64,000 bases of DNA from Heterodontus francisci (Eukaryota). Every line of letters starts with the position of its first letter. Within the stretch, counting starts at the first letter, position 1. The DNA is taken from contig NC_090417.1 of NCBI RefSeq assembly GCF_036365525.1, forward strand, positions 14,881,748 to 14,945,747, written 5' to 3'. A program made the position numbers and the translations under genes. This document shows, piece by piece, positions 50,934 through 64,000 of the stretch. The notes below the pieces were generated by a model, which was not told the origin of the DNA, ran no database searches, and saw only the letters and a list, made by a program, of their open reading frames with translations.

Positions 50934-52561
50934 CTGCTCAGAAAGCAAGAGAAAGATACAAGTAAACGTATTGTTGCTCTTCATCAAATCGACTGCTCAA
51001 TGAACTTTTTTGTCAATCACAGGGCATCATTTGAATAGGATTTCCCAGGGTCCCACCTGAGATATGACCACATACACGCACCAGTCACTGTGTGGCAGTG
51101 GGAATTTGGGGGCAGGAAGCTGTCGGCAGGAACTCGAGGCCAGTCAGCTCTGGAGGTCTTTGGGAGGGGTTCTAGCGTCATTGGAAAGATTTAGGGGCTA
51201 GTGAGGCTCAAGGACTCCTCAAGTCCTGGGTAGGGTAGGTGAGGGGAGGGGGAAGGGTCAGGGTTTGGAAGGAAAGCACTCCTACTCCTCGTGCCAACAA
51301 GGAGTTTGACCAGAAGCAAATGTCTGAAAGTTACCAAGGCCTCCTGCAGCCAGTCAGCTCCTTCTGCCGTGGTTTGGCCGTTGGGGCTATGGACAGTGCA
51401 GGAAACCTCCCACGCCCCCCCCAGCGTGAGGTCAATATTACATCATGGTCATCATCTGTGGCCTTTGCATGTTAACTTGGCCCCTGCCTGGTTGGAGGGA
51501 AATCGCCATTTTCAAAGTTTTAACCTCGAACCTGACCCTTTCCTGCCTGTTGTCAACAGTGGGTGGCAGGTTATAATTGAGGGCACTGTGTCAGACTATT
51601 GTCTGTTTTGAGTATAACAGTGAAGTGTTGCTCTGAGTTAAAATAATTGCACCTTAATTTTCTTAACAAGTTACCCATGCAATACTTGTGGCCAGGAGAG
51701 AAGAGCACAATTTTGTAATTCACCACTTTTCATGGAAACTGCATTAGGCGATATATCTATCCTAAAGTCGGCATTTCTATCTTTTTGATAAAAGTGGTTC
51801 CTAATCCCTTGTTTTAATCATGAGACCTTCAATCAGGTCAAAATCTCTGCAGCTTCATAAAGAAGTAACCTTCCTTTTGACGGAACCTAATTATAGAGTT
51901 GAAAACAAAATATTCCCCAGGCCCTAATGTTCACCTTGTGAATGAGAATAAATTCGATCATGTTTAATACAGAGCTTCCATTGAAAGTTTACTCATTGAG
52001 GGATTGAGGTAATGGATCAGTTTAATCCTCATGCTCCATCAGTTCTCCAACTGAGCTCCATGTGACACATTCACAATGAAAGGCATTCATTGTAAGGTGG
52101 TTATAGCGAATATCTGATGTGGCTCTCAGTCAGGAAAATCTCTGGTTAATCCCCAAGGTATCTGACCTCAGCTGCAGTATCAGAATTGGCTACAGAACTG
52201 AGCTAGGGAGGGGCAGGGGGAAGAGAACTTCGCTAGGATTCCTGCTCTATCCAGCAACGCTTGCTGCAAAGAACTTGTGGATGTTTGGGGACACCACTGT
52301 CACTGTCTGGGATGTCCCCACATTTAACTATCCAAATGACTTCCCCTTTTGAGGCTGAAATGAATCTGGCTTGCTGGAGAGCTACAGGTACTTGTGAACC
52401 GATGCCCTAGAATGTGCCTTTCATGGGGAACATCTTTTTCCAGCAGTCGAACACAACATTGATCATTGCTCCCTTCATTAACAACTTCCACATTCAGAAG
52501 TGATCCAAATCCTCATCACTTCGATTTCATTCAGAATTTATGTTCCATCTTCTGAATGATA

Positions 52562-53715
52562 CTGGGCTGAATTTTACTGGCCCCTCAAGTCACGGTGTTG
52601 GGGGCCAGTAAAATTCTGCGGGGAGAGGCCCGCCTCGACCCGCCACGTCGAGAAGGTCCTGCTGCATATTACTGGCAGGGGGTGGGGGGGGGGGGGGAGC
52701 CTTGGTGCAGCCCCCCACGCCCCCCGCCACCTCGTGACGGGCCCTTCATCTCCGTATGAAAATTATCCAGAAGATGGCCTGCAGGTGGCGGCCGTCCTGT
52801 GCCAATTTTATGGCTGCCATTTGTGCTCCGCGCGCCTTCGGAATTCCGTAAGGAGTTCTGAGGAGAGAATCTGGTGGCGGGGGGGGGGGGGAGGGGGAGG
52901 AGTAAAATTTTCAGGGCGTGAAGGAGGGAGGAGGAGGAGCAGGGAAAACAATTTTGATTGGCTGTGGGAAGGGGTTGAAGGGCAAAAGATTGAAAGTTGG
53001 TGGGGAAAGTTAGGGTATTTGAAAAAGCCAATTGTTGGTCATTTTGGACAGTGAAATAACCATTGTGGAGGGTTGGGGTAGGGCCGCCACATCTTTATTA
53101 CTTCTGAATAAAAAAATGCACTTAGTTACCTTTAAATATTGAAATTAATTGTAAGGGTTTAAAGCCCTTTAAAAATGGCTCCGGAGCCTGCACAGTGGCA
53201 CCAGACGCCATTGCCAGGGACACGGCAGCCACCCCCTCTATGTCATCAGGGGCGGCTGCTCCACACCCTCCATTAAAATGGACGGCACAGTGGCGCAGTG
53301 GTTAGCACCGCAGCCTCACAGCTCCAGCGATCCGGGTTCAATTCCGGGTACTGCCTGTGTGGAGTTTGCAAGTTCTCCCTGTGGCTGCGTGGGTTTCCTC
53401 CGGGTGCTCCGGTTTCCTCCCACATGCCAAAGACTTGCAGGTTGATAGGTAAATTGGCCATTAGAAATTGCCCCTAGTACAGGTAGGTGGTAGGGAAAAT
53501 ATAGGGACAGGTGGGGATGTGGTAGCAATATGGGATTAGTGTAGGATTAGTATAAGTGGGTGGTTGATGGTCGGCACAGACTCGGTGGGCCGAAGGGCCT
53601 GTTTCAGTGCTGTATCTCTAAAAAAAAAAAAAAAAAAAAAAAATGAGCCCCTGCACATAATATCACGGGGGCGCCTCGGCTGCACTTCCCAAGTTGAGAT
53701 TAAAATTCAGGCCAG
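52562..53715. mobile_element. Non-autonomous DNA transposon (Harbinger-like MITE) with 15-bp TIRs
   Basis: CTGGGCTGAATTTTA at 52562 versus TAAAATTCAGGCCAG at 53701 (14/15 inverted match). GC-rich interior with no transposase. Confidence 0.7.
53281..53640 (+). mobile_element. Young HE1/V-type SINE with a poly(A) tail, nested in the MITE
   Basis: Intact A box and GGTTCAATTCC B box; AAAATG on both sides is a probable TSD. Confidence 0.92.
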
Positions 53716-54109
53716 CAAATGTAAACAGAGGTTCTGTTGGAGATGATACATGCTAAAGCCACTTGGATGTTGATAATGTTCCATAAACAACCTGGGTGAC
53801 TTTCCCAGTTTGAACTCTGCTACATGCCTTTCAGTCTTTGGTTCGGTGTTGAATGCCATGGGATTCTGATGTCCGGCAAGGTGAGTTCCTCAAAGCTTTC
53901 TTTCACTGTTGATGTAGATTGGAAGTTAAGAAGGTTGAATTATATGGTCCTCCCTTGAGTGAAGGGGCTTCCATATTGTATCTGTCTATTGGCTAAACAT
54001 GATTGAACATGTAATGATACACCATTTAGACTGCAGATCTATACAAAGTGTTGTGAGCATTGTGTGTAAAAGCACTAGTCAGAAGTAGTAGGGAGAAGGC
54101 TGCATAGGT

Positions 54110-54650
54110 GGAAGATATTCTGCGGCATGTAACTCACTTCCTGACTCTCCCAAGTCCCTCCACCATCTACAAGGCACAAGTCAGGAGTGTGATGGAATAC
54201 TCTCCATTTGCCTGGATGAGTGCAGCTCCAACAACATTCAAGAAGCTCGACACCATCCAGGACACATCTGTCTGCTTGACTGAAAGGCCAACCACTAGCT
54301 GAAACTTCCATCACCGGCACACCATGGCAGCAGTGTGTACTACCGACAGGACGCACTGCAGCAACTTACCAAGCCTTCTTTGACAGCACCTCCCAAATCT
54401 GTGACCTCCACCACTTCGAAGGGCAAGGCAGCAGGTGCATGGGAACACCACCATCTCCAAGTCACAGCATCCTAACCTGCACATAAAGGACTGCTACTTC
54501 TTGGGGGCTGGGACAAATCCTGGAACTCTCTACCTAACAGCATTGTGGGAGCACTTTTACCATGTGCATTGCAGCGATTCAAGAAGCTGCACCAGCACCT
54601 TCTCAAGAGCAACAAGGGATGGGCGAGGCCCACATCCTGAGAATAAATTC
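54110..54650 (+). mobile_element. Old 3' fragment of the 20173-23778 LINE family
   Basis: STIYKAQVRSVMEYSP..WMSAAPTTFKKLDTIQD matches 22870-22980. Confidence 0.85.
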
Positions 54651-54950
54651 AAGATCGAAACTTTTGAAATGGAATTTCTCAATTTTGGTTGTCATTACAC
54701 TTCTCTGCGCAATCTCTTCATTTACTGCACAAATGCAGAAAGTTCCACATCCAAGGATGAGAGTTCAGAATACACCTATGGATGACCGTAGAATATATCT
54801 GTATCTCTATGTTTGTGCCCAACTTGCAAAATCTGGATTAGGGAATTAAAGCTCAATTTTTGGACTAGTTTTGAGCAGCCAAAGGATTTAACAAATTAAT
54901 TTCATTGAGATCACCAACAGCAAGCATCATCCTTCAAATCTGTCTCTTAC

Positions 54951-55039
54951 CTGAGCAATTTCCAGAAACAGTAAGACATCTCCGTCTATGTCCACACCGA
55001 GCTGTGTTGCTTCAATTAGCCCCATTACTGTGTACTGCT
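54951..55039 (-). CDS. RHOBTB2: RHOBTB2 internal exon
   Basis: TTGCAG|AG acceptor and CAG|GTAAGA donor; (E)[29 protein letters not shown]. Phases are consistent with the neighbouring exons. Confidence 0.9.
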
Positions 55040-55699
55040 CTGCAATAAATAGAATAATTGAATTATTCACAGAGAGTTAACAATTTCCACAGGCTTACGA
55101 CAAAACTAGGATTTATACATTGCCTTTAACATGGAGGAAAACCAAAAGGAGTTCACACGTGTGAGGAAAAAAAATGTGCTGATACAAAGAAGTGGAGATT
55201 AGGAGGATTAAGCAGAAATTTCGTTGAAAGGAAGGCCTGAAAGTGGAAGAGGGAGGAAATTCCAGAGAAAGGGATTACCTATGATCCAGTAATCTATTCA
55301 CAGTTCTCAAAACAGAATTATTGTTTTGCTAACAGCACTTCCAGAATTGCTGTCTCTAACTTTCAACGGACACTGTTTCCAACTGGAATATAAACAACAA
55401 ACCAGGAAAGGGCTGAGAGGGGAGCCTGAGGCCCCTTCCTCACCTGGTCGTAACATTTGTGAAAATTACTTTCCACCGCCACTTTTTTGTGAGTAACTGA
55501 AATTTCTATTCCCTAGAAAAAGCATTAAAACTAAATTAAAAATGAAAAAAACATATTTGGCAATAGCATTATATTTATTCAGTGTATTGAATTTTAGGCA
55601 TCTTATTGCCTCTATTAACGTTTTTACTTTATAGCCTCTCCTGGGGCTTGAAAGATCGCATCTCCAACAATGGATCACTTGTTTAACACCGAAGTGCAT

Positions 55700-57925
55700 T
55701 GAGGCAGTGTTAATTAGTAATCTCATCATGAAAGATTTGTTGGGAAATAGTGATCACAATACAATTGAATTGCATATTAAGTTTGAAAGTGACAAGCTCC
55801 AGTCCCAACCAAGAATCTCAAACTTAAACAAAGCCAATTGCACAGGTATGAGGGGAGAGCTAGCTAAGGTTGATTTAGTAAATAGCCTAAAGTCTTTGGC
55901 GATAAATAAACAGTGGGAAACATTTAAACAAACAATTCAAAATGTTCAACAAAAATACATTCCATTAAAAAGCAAAAACCTAACAAGAAGGATCCATCCG
56001 TGGCTTAAGGATGGTATCAGATTAAAAGAAGAGGCTTAGAATGTTGCAAAGGATAAGCAGTAAGTCTGAGGATTGCGGGTGTTTTAGAAACCAGCATAGG
56101 GCCACCAAAAAGTTGCTAAAAATTGGAAAAATATAGAATATGAGAGTAAACTAGCCAGGAAGATAAAAAAACAAATTGTAAGAGCTTTCGGAGAGCAGTT
56201 AAAATAAATGTTGGAGACGGGAGAAATTTTCATGGGAAATGAGGAAATGGGAGAGACAATGAACAAACATTCACAGTGGAAGATACAAACGACATACCAG
56301 AAAGAGAGGATAACCAAGGGGCTAATAAGAGTGAGGAGCTTAAGGTAATTAATATTGTCAGAGAAAAAGTTTTGGAGAAATTGAAGTGACTTAAATCTGA
56401 CAAATCCCCAGGACCTGATGGCCTGCATCATCGGGTTCAAAAAGAAACAGCTGCAGAGATAGTAGGTGTGCCGATTATGATTTTACAAAATTTCCTCGAT
56501 TCTAGAATTGTCCCAGCGGATTAGAAGTTAGCAAATGTAATACCACCATTCAGGAAAGGAGGGAGAAGGAAAAGAGGGAACTGCAGGCCAGTTAGCCTGA
56601 CATCAGTCTTTGGGAAAATACTGGAATCTAATGTTAAGGAAGTCTTAACAATGCACTTAGAAATCATACCATGATTAGACAACGTCAACATTGTTTTGCG
56701 AAACAGAAATCGTGTTTGACAAATTTATTAGGGTTTTTTGAGGATATAACTAGTAAGGTAGGTCAAGGGGAATCAGCAGATGGAGTATACTTGGATTTCC
56801 AAAAGGCATTCGATAAGCTGCCACACAAAAGGTTAATTGGCAAGATAATGGCTCATGGAGTTGGGGGTATATATTAGTCGGAGGACTGGTTAACAGATAG
56901 GTAACAGAGAGTAGGGATAAATGGGACATTTTCAAGCTGGCAGGCTGTGACTAGTGGAGTGCGACAAGGATCAATGCTGGGGCCTCAGCTATTTACAATC
57001 TAAATTCATGACTTAGACGAAGAGACTGAGAATAACATATCTACGTTTGCTGACCATGCAAAGCCAGGTGAGGAGGGCACAGAGAGGCTGCAAAGAGATA
57101 TAGACAGGCTAAGTGAGTGGGCAACAAGATGGTAGATGGAGTATAATGTATGGAAGGATGAGTTTATTTACTTTGGTAGTAAGATAAGATTTTTTAAAAG
57201 GTGTGAAACTTGTAAATCTTGATGCCAAGAGGGCCTTGGGTTACTTGTAAAAGGAATACAGAAAGTTTGCTTGCAAGTACAGCAAGCAATTCCTTAGACA
57301 AATGGCATGTTTGCCTTTATTGCAAGGGGATTGGAGGACAAGAATAAGGAAGTCTTGTGACAGTTCTACAGGGCTTTGGTGAGACCACACCTGAAATACT
57401 GTGCGCAGTTTTGGTCTCCATATTTTAGGGAAGGATATGCTCGGGTTGGATGTGGTACAGCGAAGGTTCAGTAGATTAGTTCCTGGGCTGAGCATGTTGT
57501 CCTATGATGAAAGATGAAGTAAATTGGGTCTATACTCTCTTGAGTTAAGAAGAATGAGAGGTGCTTGAAACATAGAAGATTCTGAAGAGGCTTGATGGAG
57601 TAGACACTGAGAGGTTCTTTTCTCTGGCTGATGAATCTAGAACATGGGGACACAGTTTCAGGCTAAGGGGATGATCATTTAGGACTGAGATGAGGAAAAA
57701 TTTCTTCATTCAAAGGGTTGTGAATCTTTGGAATTCTCTACCCCAGAGGGTTGTGGATGCTCCATCATTGGGTATATTTAAGGCTGAGATAGACAGATTT
57801 TTGGTCTCTCAGGAAATCAAGGGATATGGGGAGCAGGCGGGAAAGTGGAGTTGATCCCAAGGATCAGCCATGATTTTAATGAATGGTGGGACAGGCTTGA
57901 GAGGCTCCTATTTTAAGAGGCTCTT
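55700..57925 (+). mobile_element. Decayed CR1 LINE (EN end through 3' UTR) in a RHOBTB2 intron
   Basis: [20 protein letters not shown] and a CR1 3' UTR; many stops. Confidence 0.9.
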
Positions 57926-58186
57926 ATGAAACGTCAGTCAAGAGTACATGATCAAGTTCTGCACTGTAGCTTCAACTTCGGACTTCCTGACTCAGAGGAG
58001 AACGTGGGACTGCTGAGTTAAGGCTCGGAAGAATGAAAGTGAGAGTAATTTTTAAAAATGACATTTAAAAGTTTTTTAAAAAACTTAACTCATAATTTTT
58101 CCCCAAATATTCAGTCTCTTCGTACCATGAACCTTGAATGAACTGTTCTCACACAAAGTGAAAAGTGCTGAGATCACAATTCTTAC

Positions 58187-58337
58187 CTGTTAATGCCACC
58201 AGGTGGGGAAGACAAAGACGGTTTGCCAGCACTATCAGTTCCATTGAGTCCAGATCTGGGCGAGAACAGAACTGACCTGTGTACAGGTATTCCAGCACGG
58301 CTTGCATACAGCTCTTGCTAGTGTTTGGGAAGTACAC
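58187..58337 (-). CDS. RHOBTB2: Rho-related BTB domain protein 2, internal exon (second BTB domain)
   Basis: CAG|GTG acceptor and G|GTAAGA donor; [51 protein letters not shown] found no upstream exons in the window. Confidence 0.9.
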
Positions 58338-58469
58338 CTGTTCGAAATGGAGAGATGCATTAGTGACATGTCTGTGTACTGCAGCTACAATGAGGGTAAC
58401 ACCAATACCTCAGAGTGAGCTGGTGATGAAGATTACCTCAATTCTATGTCACATTCAGATTGAGAAATC

Positions 58470-58912
58470 TTTATTGTACTGTGCCCGAGTCAGAAGGTTA
58501 TGCATTTAAGTTCCACACCACACACTTGAGTACATAATACAGGCTGACACTCCAACATAGTATTAAGGCAGCACTGAACCGTCGGAGGTGCTGCCTTACA
58601 AATGTGATGTTAAATTGAGGCCTTGTCTGCACTCTCAGGTGGATGTAAAAGATCCCATGGTGTCATTTTGTCGAAGAGCAGGGGAATTCTTCCCAGTGTC
58701 CGAGCCAATATTTATCCTTCGATCAACATTATGTAAACAGATTATCTGGCCATTATCGCATTACTGTTCGTGGGAGTTTGCTGCATGCAAATGAGCTGCA
58801 TTTTCTGCATTACAACAGTGACTACACTTTCAAAGTGCTTCATTCACTGTGAAGCGCTTTAGGATTTCCTCGGGTTGTGAAAGATGCAATAGAAATGCAA
58901 GTTGTTTCTTTC
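58470..58912 (+). mobile_element. Deu-type SINE
   Basis: GGTGGATGTAAAAGATCCCATGG core and GTGAAGCGCTTT...ATAGAAATGCAAGT tail. Confidence 0.75.
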
Positions 58913-59280
58913 GACAAGTCACAGGACCATGAATAAAATAGCTGTGAGGGCTTAATGCTGTTGGATATATCAGTGTAGTGTAGAAACTGATGTGGGAACA
59001 GACACAACAAATGTACCTGAAATGCATTTTGTAAAAGGGAGTTTCTTACTTGTGTATCCTGCACACACACAATCATTTCTTCCATGCAACAGGTGCCAAC
59101 AGAGGTTATCAATTCCACAATGATTGTGTGAGGACCAAACCAACCCCCACAGCTGCAGGTACAATACTAACCACTGCAGTTACTGGTTTTCCGTGTTGGA
59201 ATCATCATGTTACAGCCAGGTGGGTGATGGCGTGGTTTGTTCCCACTATTCACTTCCCAACTGGCCACATGAAGTGTTTT

Positions 59281-60300
59281 TGTTACTCGGGTTTTGACAA
59301 CTTGCGTTTTATTTGTCAAATAAACAGACGGTGACAGGTATTCTTGAAGGTTTAAAGCAGGAGATTAACTATTTATTGAACAATATTAATTCCCGAAATG
59401 GTCACAACCGCACCCGCGCACGCATTCACTCACACACACACACATAAGAATAGATAGATAGAGCGGAAAAGGTTAAGTGGTTTGAGATGAGGTATGTTCG
59501 GGGTTCACAGCAAACCTGTGAAATCTTCCCGGAGGACAATTTCTTTTTCAGGTTGCAGGCCTGGGTGTTTTCTGACAATTAAGACTTCAGACAGGATACA
59601 GTGGTCACTTTCAGTTCTCTACTGCACCAAGTTGAAGTGGAGAATTTGCAGAAGGGCTCCTTTTTTGGTTTTTGCTGGGCTACTTTTCACAGTCCTTGGC
59701 TGGACTCTCTTTCTGTGATCTCTACCTCTCTCTCATCCGAGAGCTAGCTTTTAAAAGATAAAAATCTCTTACATTTGCCTCCGTTGGGAGACACATGACC
59801 TCCCCCTCTCCCTGTGGTGACCACATAATGGCCCAGGATGTGGCTACTTCACACCTTCTTTGTTTCAGAAGAACTCATTCAATTCAGGAATGTCTCTTGA
59901 TGGTTTCAGGATGGGTGTAATTGATACCCCTGAGCTTGGAATATATCCTTTTATCCTTAACAGACAGTGAGACAGTTTGACTATGCAGGGCAAGACAGGC
60001 TGACCTTCGGTGGTAATTGTGGAGAACATTGTCCACTTTTTCAAGGAAAAGTCACTTTTTCTTTTATAACTGTTCAGTTTGGTTCTGTATTTTCATCACT
60101 GCACTCCTCCTGAGCATGAGAATACAATGATACAGCACAGAAGGAGGCAATTTAACCCATTGTGTCTGTGCCAGCTCTCTGGTAGATCTCCCAAGTTAAC
60201 TCTACTCCCCTGCTCTCCCCCATGAACACGTGTTGCAGGTTCACATGTCCTGGGACTATGCCCTGACTGCTGTTCCTTTGCAATTAGTTACACAACAGGT
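59281..60300 (-). mobile_element. Possible LTR-like element
   Basis: Starts TGTTAC, with minus-strand AATAAA (about 59373) and a TATA-like TTTTAAAA (about 59750). I found no right terminus or TSD. Confidence 0.3.
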
Positions 60301-61984
60301 AGGAAATGTGACTGAACACGTTTGAAAGACTAAGTTTGGGCCAGATTCCGCCACCTTCAAATTCAGACTTAAGATGTATTGGGCGCTTTTCGGCATTACT
60401 GCGAGCTAAAAATTACTTCCTGCTGAGTATTTGCTGCCTTTGTTGCACAGTAGTTCAATGCCTCTGTACTTCGCCCTCACGCTGTGTTATGCAATCTAAC
60501 ACATGGTGAAAATGTGAACATAAATCTTGTTTTGCTTTATTAATCAGACAGGAGGCTGTTAAATCATCAAGGGCTTAATGTACAGGTGATGTCAGAACTG
60601 ATGCTGCCTGAAAGATGTGGAGTGCTTTCCGTCATCTCTCAGCAGTAATTAAGAGCGATGTCAGGAGATGGAGCTCACAGAGTTTGACCTTCCTTATTTT
60701 ATGAAGTGCTGCATTGGCTGTCTGAAGGTTATACTGCTATTTATAGAACTGACGATGAAGCAACATGATTCCCTTTTATTACAATTTGAATACAAAAGAT
60801 GATCTTGTGAGTGATACAAATCAACCTAACCATCTGAGAATCAGAACATTAAACAAGTCCCTCAGAGATGAAAGGGAGTTTGTGTTTTTCAAAATTGCAG
60901 GTTGTTTTGAATGCTTATTTTAGAGTTTTGGCTTTATCACACATGTCGAGGGTAGATTCTGACTTTGTGCAACTCTGTGCAATGAGCTCATGGCTGATTT
61001 TAGTTGCTCTTCGTTGCACCTTTCCCAGCTCTGCTGGATCCTTCCGATGGGAAATGTTCTCGCACTTTCAACTTATTATCCTTCCTTTGCGATTTACCAG
61101 TTGCTGTTTGTCTGATGTTAAGTGCGCTCGTGTCAACCCCTAGGCAGCGCAAAACACATCTTCTATACGGTTGGTTGTGATGTGCATCACAAAAGGAAAG
61201 GAACTGGTATTATAAAGTGGGAAAGGTGCTTTCAGTATTGCAACAGATGTATTTGTGAATGTGTTTTATTCATGTGACGGTAGCTAACCCCTGTGTAAAC
61301 ACATGTTGATAGTGTACACAATTAAAAGATGTAGCATGTATACATAGTATGTTTGGTATATGCATGCTGTGCTCTGTGTCTTGATGGACATACTTATACC
61401 AGTGTTGGTATTGTGCTCGATATAAATAAGAGTGTTGGGCCTAAGATTGGATAATACTGCAATCCAACTGCAGTACTAAATATTGCAATGTATAATTCAG
61501 CAACTGTGAGATGCATTCCGGCTTTTCCCAAATTCGCTCAGTTTACATAAATGTTGATGTCATATTCTAACATTGCCCATTCCTGCTCAATGCGAGATGG
61601 AATCATTCATCAAAATACCCGAAAAATGCACAGGTGGTGGTGAGTTCAGAGTCAGGTTGCCAACTCTGCTTGTACATATTCCTGGAGATTTTATCACATG
61701 ACCTCCTGTGTCCAAATGCTCCCCCTCCCCCCACTCCCCATGTTCCCGCCATTGGCCACCCAGCATGCCCGTCCTCAAAGCCTTCCCCCACCAATTGGAA
61801 AGATTCAAACAGATTTTCTGTCACCTCCAGCAACTGATGGAACAAAAATGTTCAAAGATCATGCCCCTATCATTTTTCTCTCAAAGTTGCTGGTAGCAGT
61901 GTCCTAGGGATTAATTGTTAATTCCTGGAGATTCCAGGGCAATCCTGGAGTTAAGCACTCTGTTTGTGACAGCTATGAGTTCCT

Positions 61985-62195
61985 AAACCATGATTTATCC
62001 CTCAACCAATATGACAAAAAACGATTATCTGATCATTTGTCTCATTGTTGTTTGTGGGATTTAACTATGTGCAAATTGGTTGCCATATTTCTGATATTAC
62101 AACAGTGACATGACACTTCAAAAGTGCTTCTTCAGCTAGAAAGCACTGTAGACTGTCATGTGTTTGGGAAACACACTATAGAAATGCAAGACTTT
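61985..62195 (+). mobile_element. Deu-type SINE 3' part
   Basis: TTTATCCCTCAACCAA...TTACAACAGTGAC...CTATAGAAATGCAAG. Confidence 0.7.
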
Positions 62196-62247
62196 ATTTG
62201 TAAATTTTGACATTCTTTATGGTGATAAATAGTGCTATTCTATGACA

Positions 62248-62540
62248 GTCGCACAGTGGTAATGACACTGGACTAGTAATCAGAGGCTCAAGCTAATGCC
62301 CTGGGGTCATGGATTCAAATTCTACCATGGCAGCAGCTGGTGGAATTTAAATTTAATTAGTAAATAAAAATTCAATTTATTAATTAAAAATCTGGAATTG
62401 AAAGCTCCTCTCCGTACCAGTGCCATGAAACTCACTGATGGCCGTAAAAATGCACCTGGTTCACTCATGGCCTTTCGAGAAGGTAATCTGCCATCCTTAC
62501 TTGGTCTGGCCTACATGTGACTCCAGAACCACAGCCATCT
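62248..62540 (+). mobile_element. tRNA-derived head and body homologous to the 5' end of the 20173 LINE
   Basis: GCACAGTGGTAATGACACTGGACTAGTAATCAGAG...GGATTCAAATTC...GTGACTCCAGAACCACAGC; stops before the endonuclease. Confidence 0.8.
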
Positions 62541-62749
62541 TGTTTGATAAGTCTTGAGACATTTTACTCTGTTAAAAGCGCAATATAAAAGCAAATTATT
62601 GTACTCTACAGTTTCGGCCATGTGGTTCAACATCCGACTGGCTCTGTTGATCGCTCTCTGCGTTGGTGGGACAGATTTAGTGTCAAGTTTACTTGGACTG
62701 CTAGGTTTTTATTTAAACTGCATCTGTTCTTTCCTTCAAAATGTTGCAT

Positions 62750-64000
62750 CTTAAATTTGTCTGCGTCAAAACGCATGTTTTTATGAAGGATAATTCGTGT
62801 TTGACTAACTTGCTCGAGTTCTTCGAAGATGTAAGAAGCAAACTGGATAATGGGAATCCTGTAGATGTAGGAAATCTGGACTTCCAGAAGGCATTTGATA
62901 AGGTGCCACACAAAAGGTTAATACACAAGGTAAGATCACATGGGGTTAGGGGCAATTTATTAGCTTGGATAGAGGATTGGCTAACGAACAGAAAACAGAA
63001 CGTCAGGAGAAATGGGTCCTTTTCTGGTTGGCAGGATGTAACTAGTGGGGTGCCACAGGGTTCGGTCCTCAGGCCCCAACTATTTACAATCTATATAAAT
63101 GACTTGGATGCAGGGATAGAAGGTACTATAAATTTGCAGATGATACTAAAATAGGTGGGATAGGAAGTTGCAACAATGAAATAAGAAATTTACAAATGGA
63201 TATGGATAGGTTAGGTGAATGGGCCAAAATTTGGCAGATGGAGTTTAACATGGATAAGTGTGAGGTTATCCATTTTGTTCGGAAGAATAGAAAGGCAGAT
63301 GATCAACTAAACGGAGAGAAACTTCAAAGTGCTTCGGTGCAGAGGGATCTGGGTGTCCTCGTGCATGAATCGCAGAAAATCAGTATGCAGGTGCAGCAGG
63401 TAATAAGGAAGGCAAATGGAATTTTGGCAATTATTGCTAAAGGAATAGAGTATAAAGGTAGGGAAGTGTGGCTGCAGTTGCGGAGTGGTTAGCACCGCAG
63501 CCTCACAACTCGAATGACCTGGGTTCAGTTCTGGGTACTGCCTGTGTGAAGTTTGAAAGTTCTCCCTGTGACTGTGTGGGTTTCCTCCAGATGCTCTGGT
63601 TTCCTGCCACATACCAAAAACTTGTGGGTTGATAGGTAAATTGAACATTGTAAAATATTGCCCTGAGTGTAGGCAGGTGGTAGGACAATTGTGGGGATGT
63701 GAGGGAAAAATGGGATTAATATAGGATTAGTATAAATGGGTGGTTGATGGTCAGCATGGACTCAGTGGGTTGAAGGGCCTGTTTCAGTGCTGTTTCTCTG
63801 TAAGACTATGATAACTGTACAAGGCATTGGTGAGACTGCACCTGGAGTATTGTGTACAGTTTTGGTCCCCTTACTTGAAGAGGGATGTATGTAGTTGCAT
63901 TGGAGGCAGTTCAGAGGAGGTTCACTGGATTGATTCCAGAGATGAGGGGTTTGTCTTATGAAGAGAGATTGAGCAGTTTAGGCCTTTACTCATGAGAGTT
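62750..64000 (+). mobile_element. CR1 LINE RT region with a nested HE1/V-type SINE (about 63470-63802)
   Basis: [23 protein letters not shown] and DLGVLVHES; runs off the window end. Confidence 0.9.

Noticed and set aside
61650-61960. hAT-like MITE (GGTTGCCAAC terminus)
   Set aside because: The right terminus is too degenerate and no TSD is visible.
58338-64000. Further RHOBTB2 exons
   Set aside because: I found no peptide matching the expected upstream BTB exon, so it is presumably beyond the window.

Overview
Eukaryotic, repeat-rich vertebrate genomic DNA, most likely a cartilaginous fish (shark), judged from CR1-clade LINEs, HE1/V-type tRNA SINEs and Deu-type SINEs. Two host genes lie on the minus strand. 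The first is a complete 3-exon 4E-BP gene (best match EIF4EBP1, 112 aa; CDS 26641-26509, 7710-7537, 6182-6151) with a CpG-island promoter that contains an 80-bp tandem repeat. The second is the last four coding exons of RHOBTB2 (58337-45959). Most other long ORFs are LINE remnants. The most interesting observation is a 3.6-kb ORF1-less LINE at 20173-23778. Its 5' end is a tRNA-derived A/B-box head, and I found no TTTT run on its sense strand, which suggests an autonomous Pol III-transcribed retroelement. A second, older copy with the same head-to-endonuclease layout is at about 38000. Other observations: two 5'-inverted (twin-priming-like) CR1 insertions, a hammerhead-ribozyme motif in the loop of a long hairpin element, a solo LTR with a 5-bp TSD, and Harbinger-type remnants. 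Repeat boundaries were read by eye and are approximate unless a TSD or host junction is stated.
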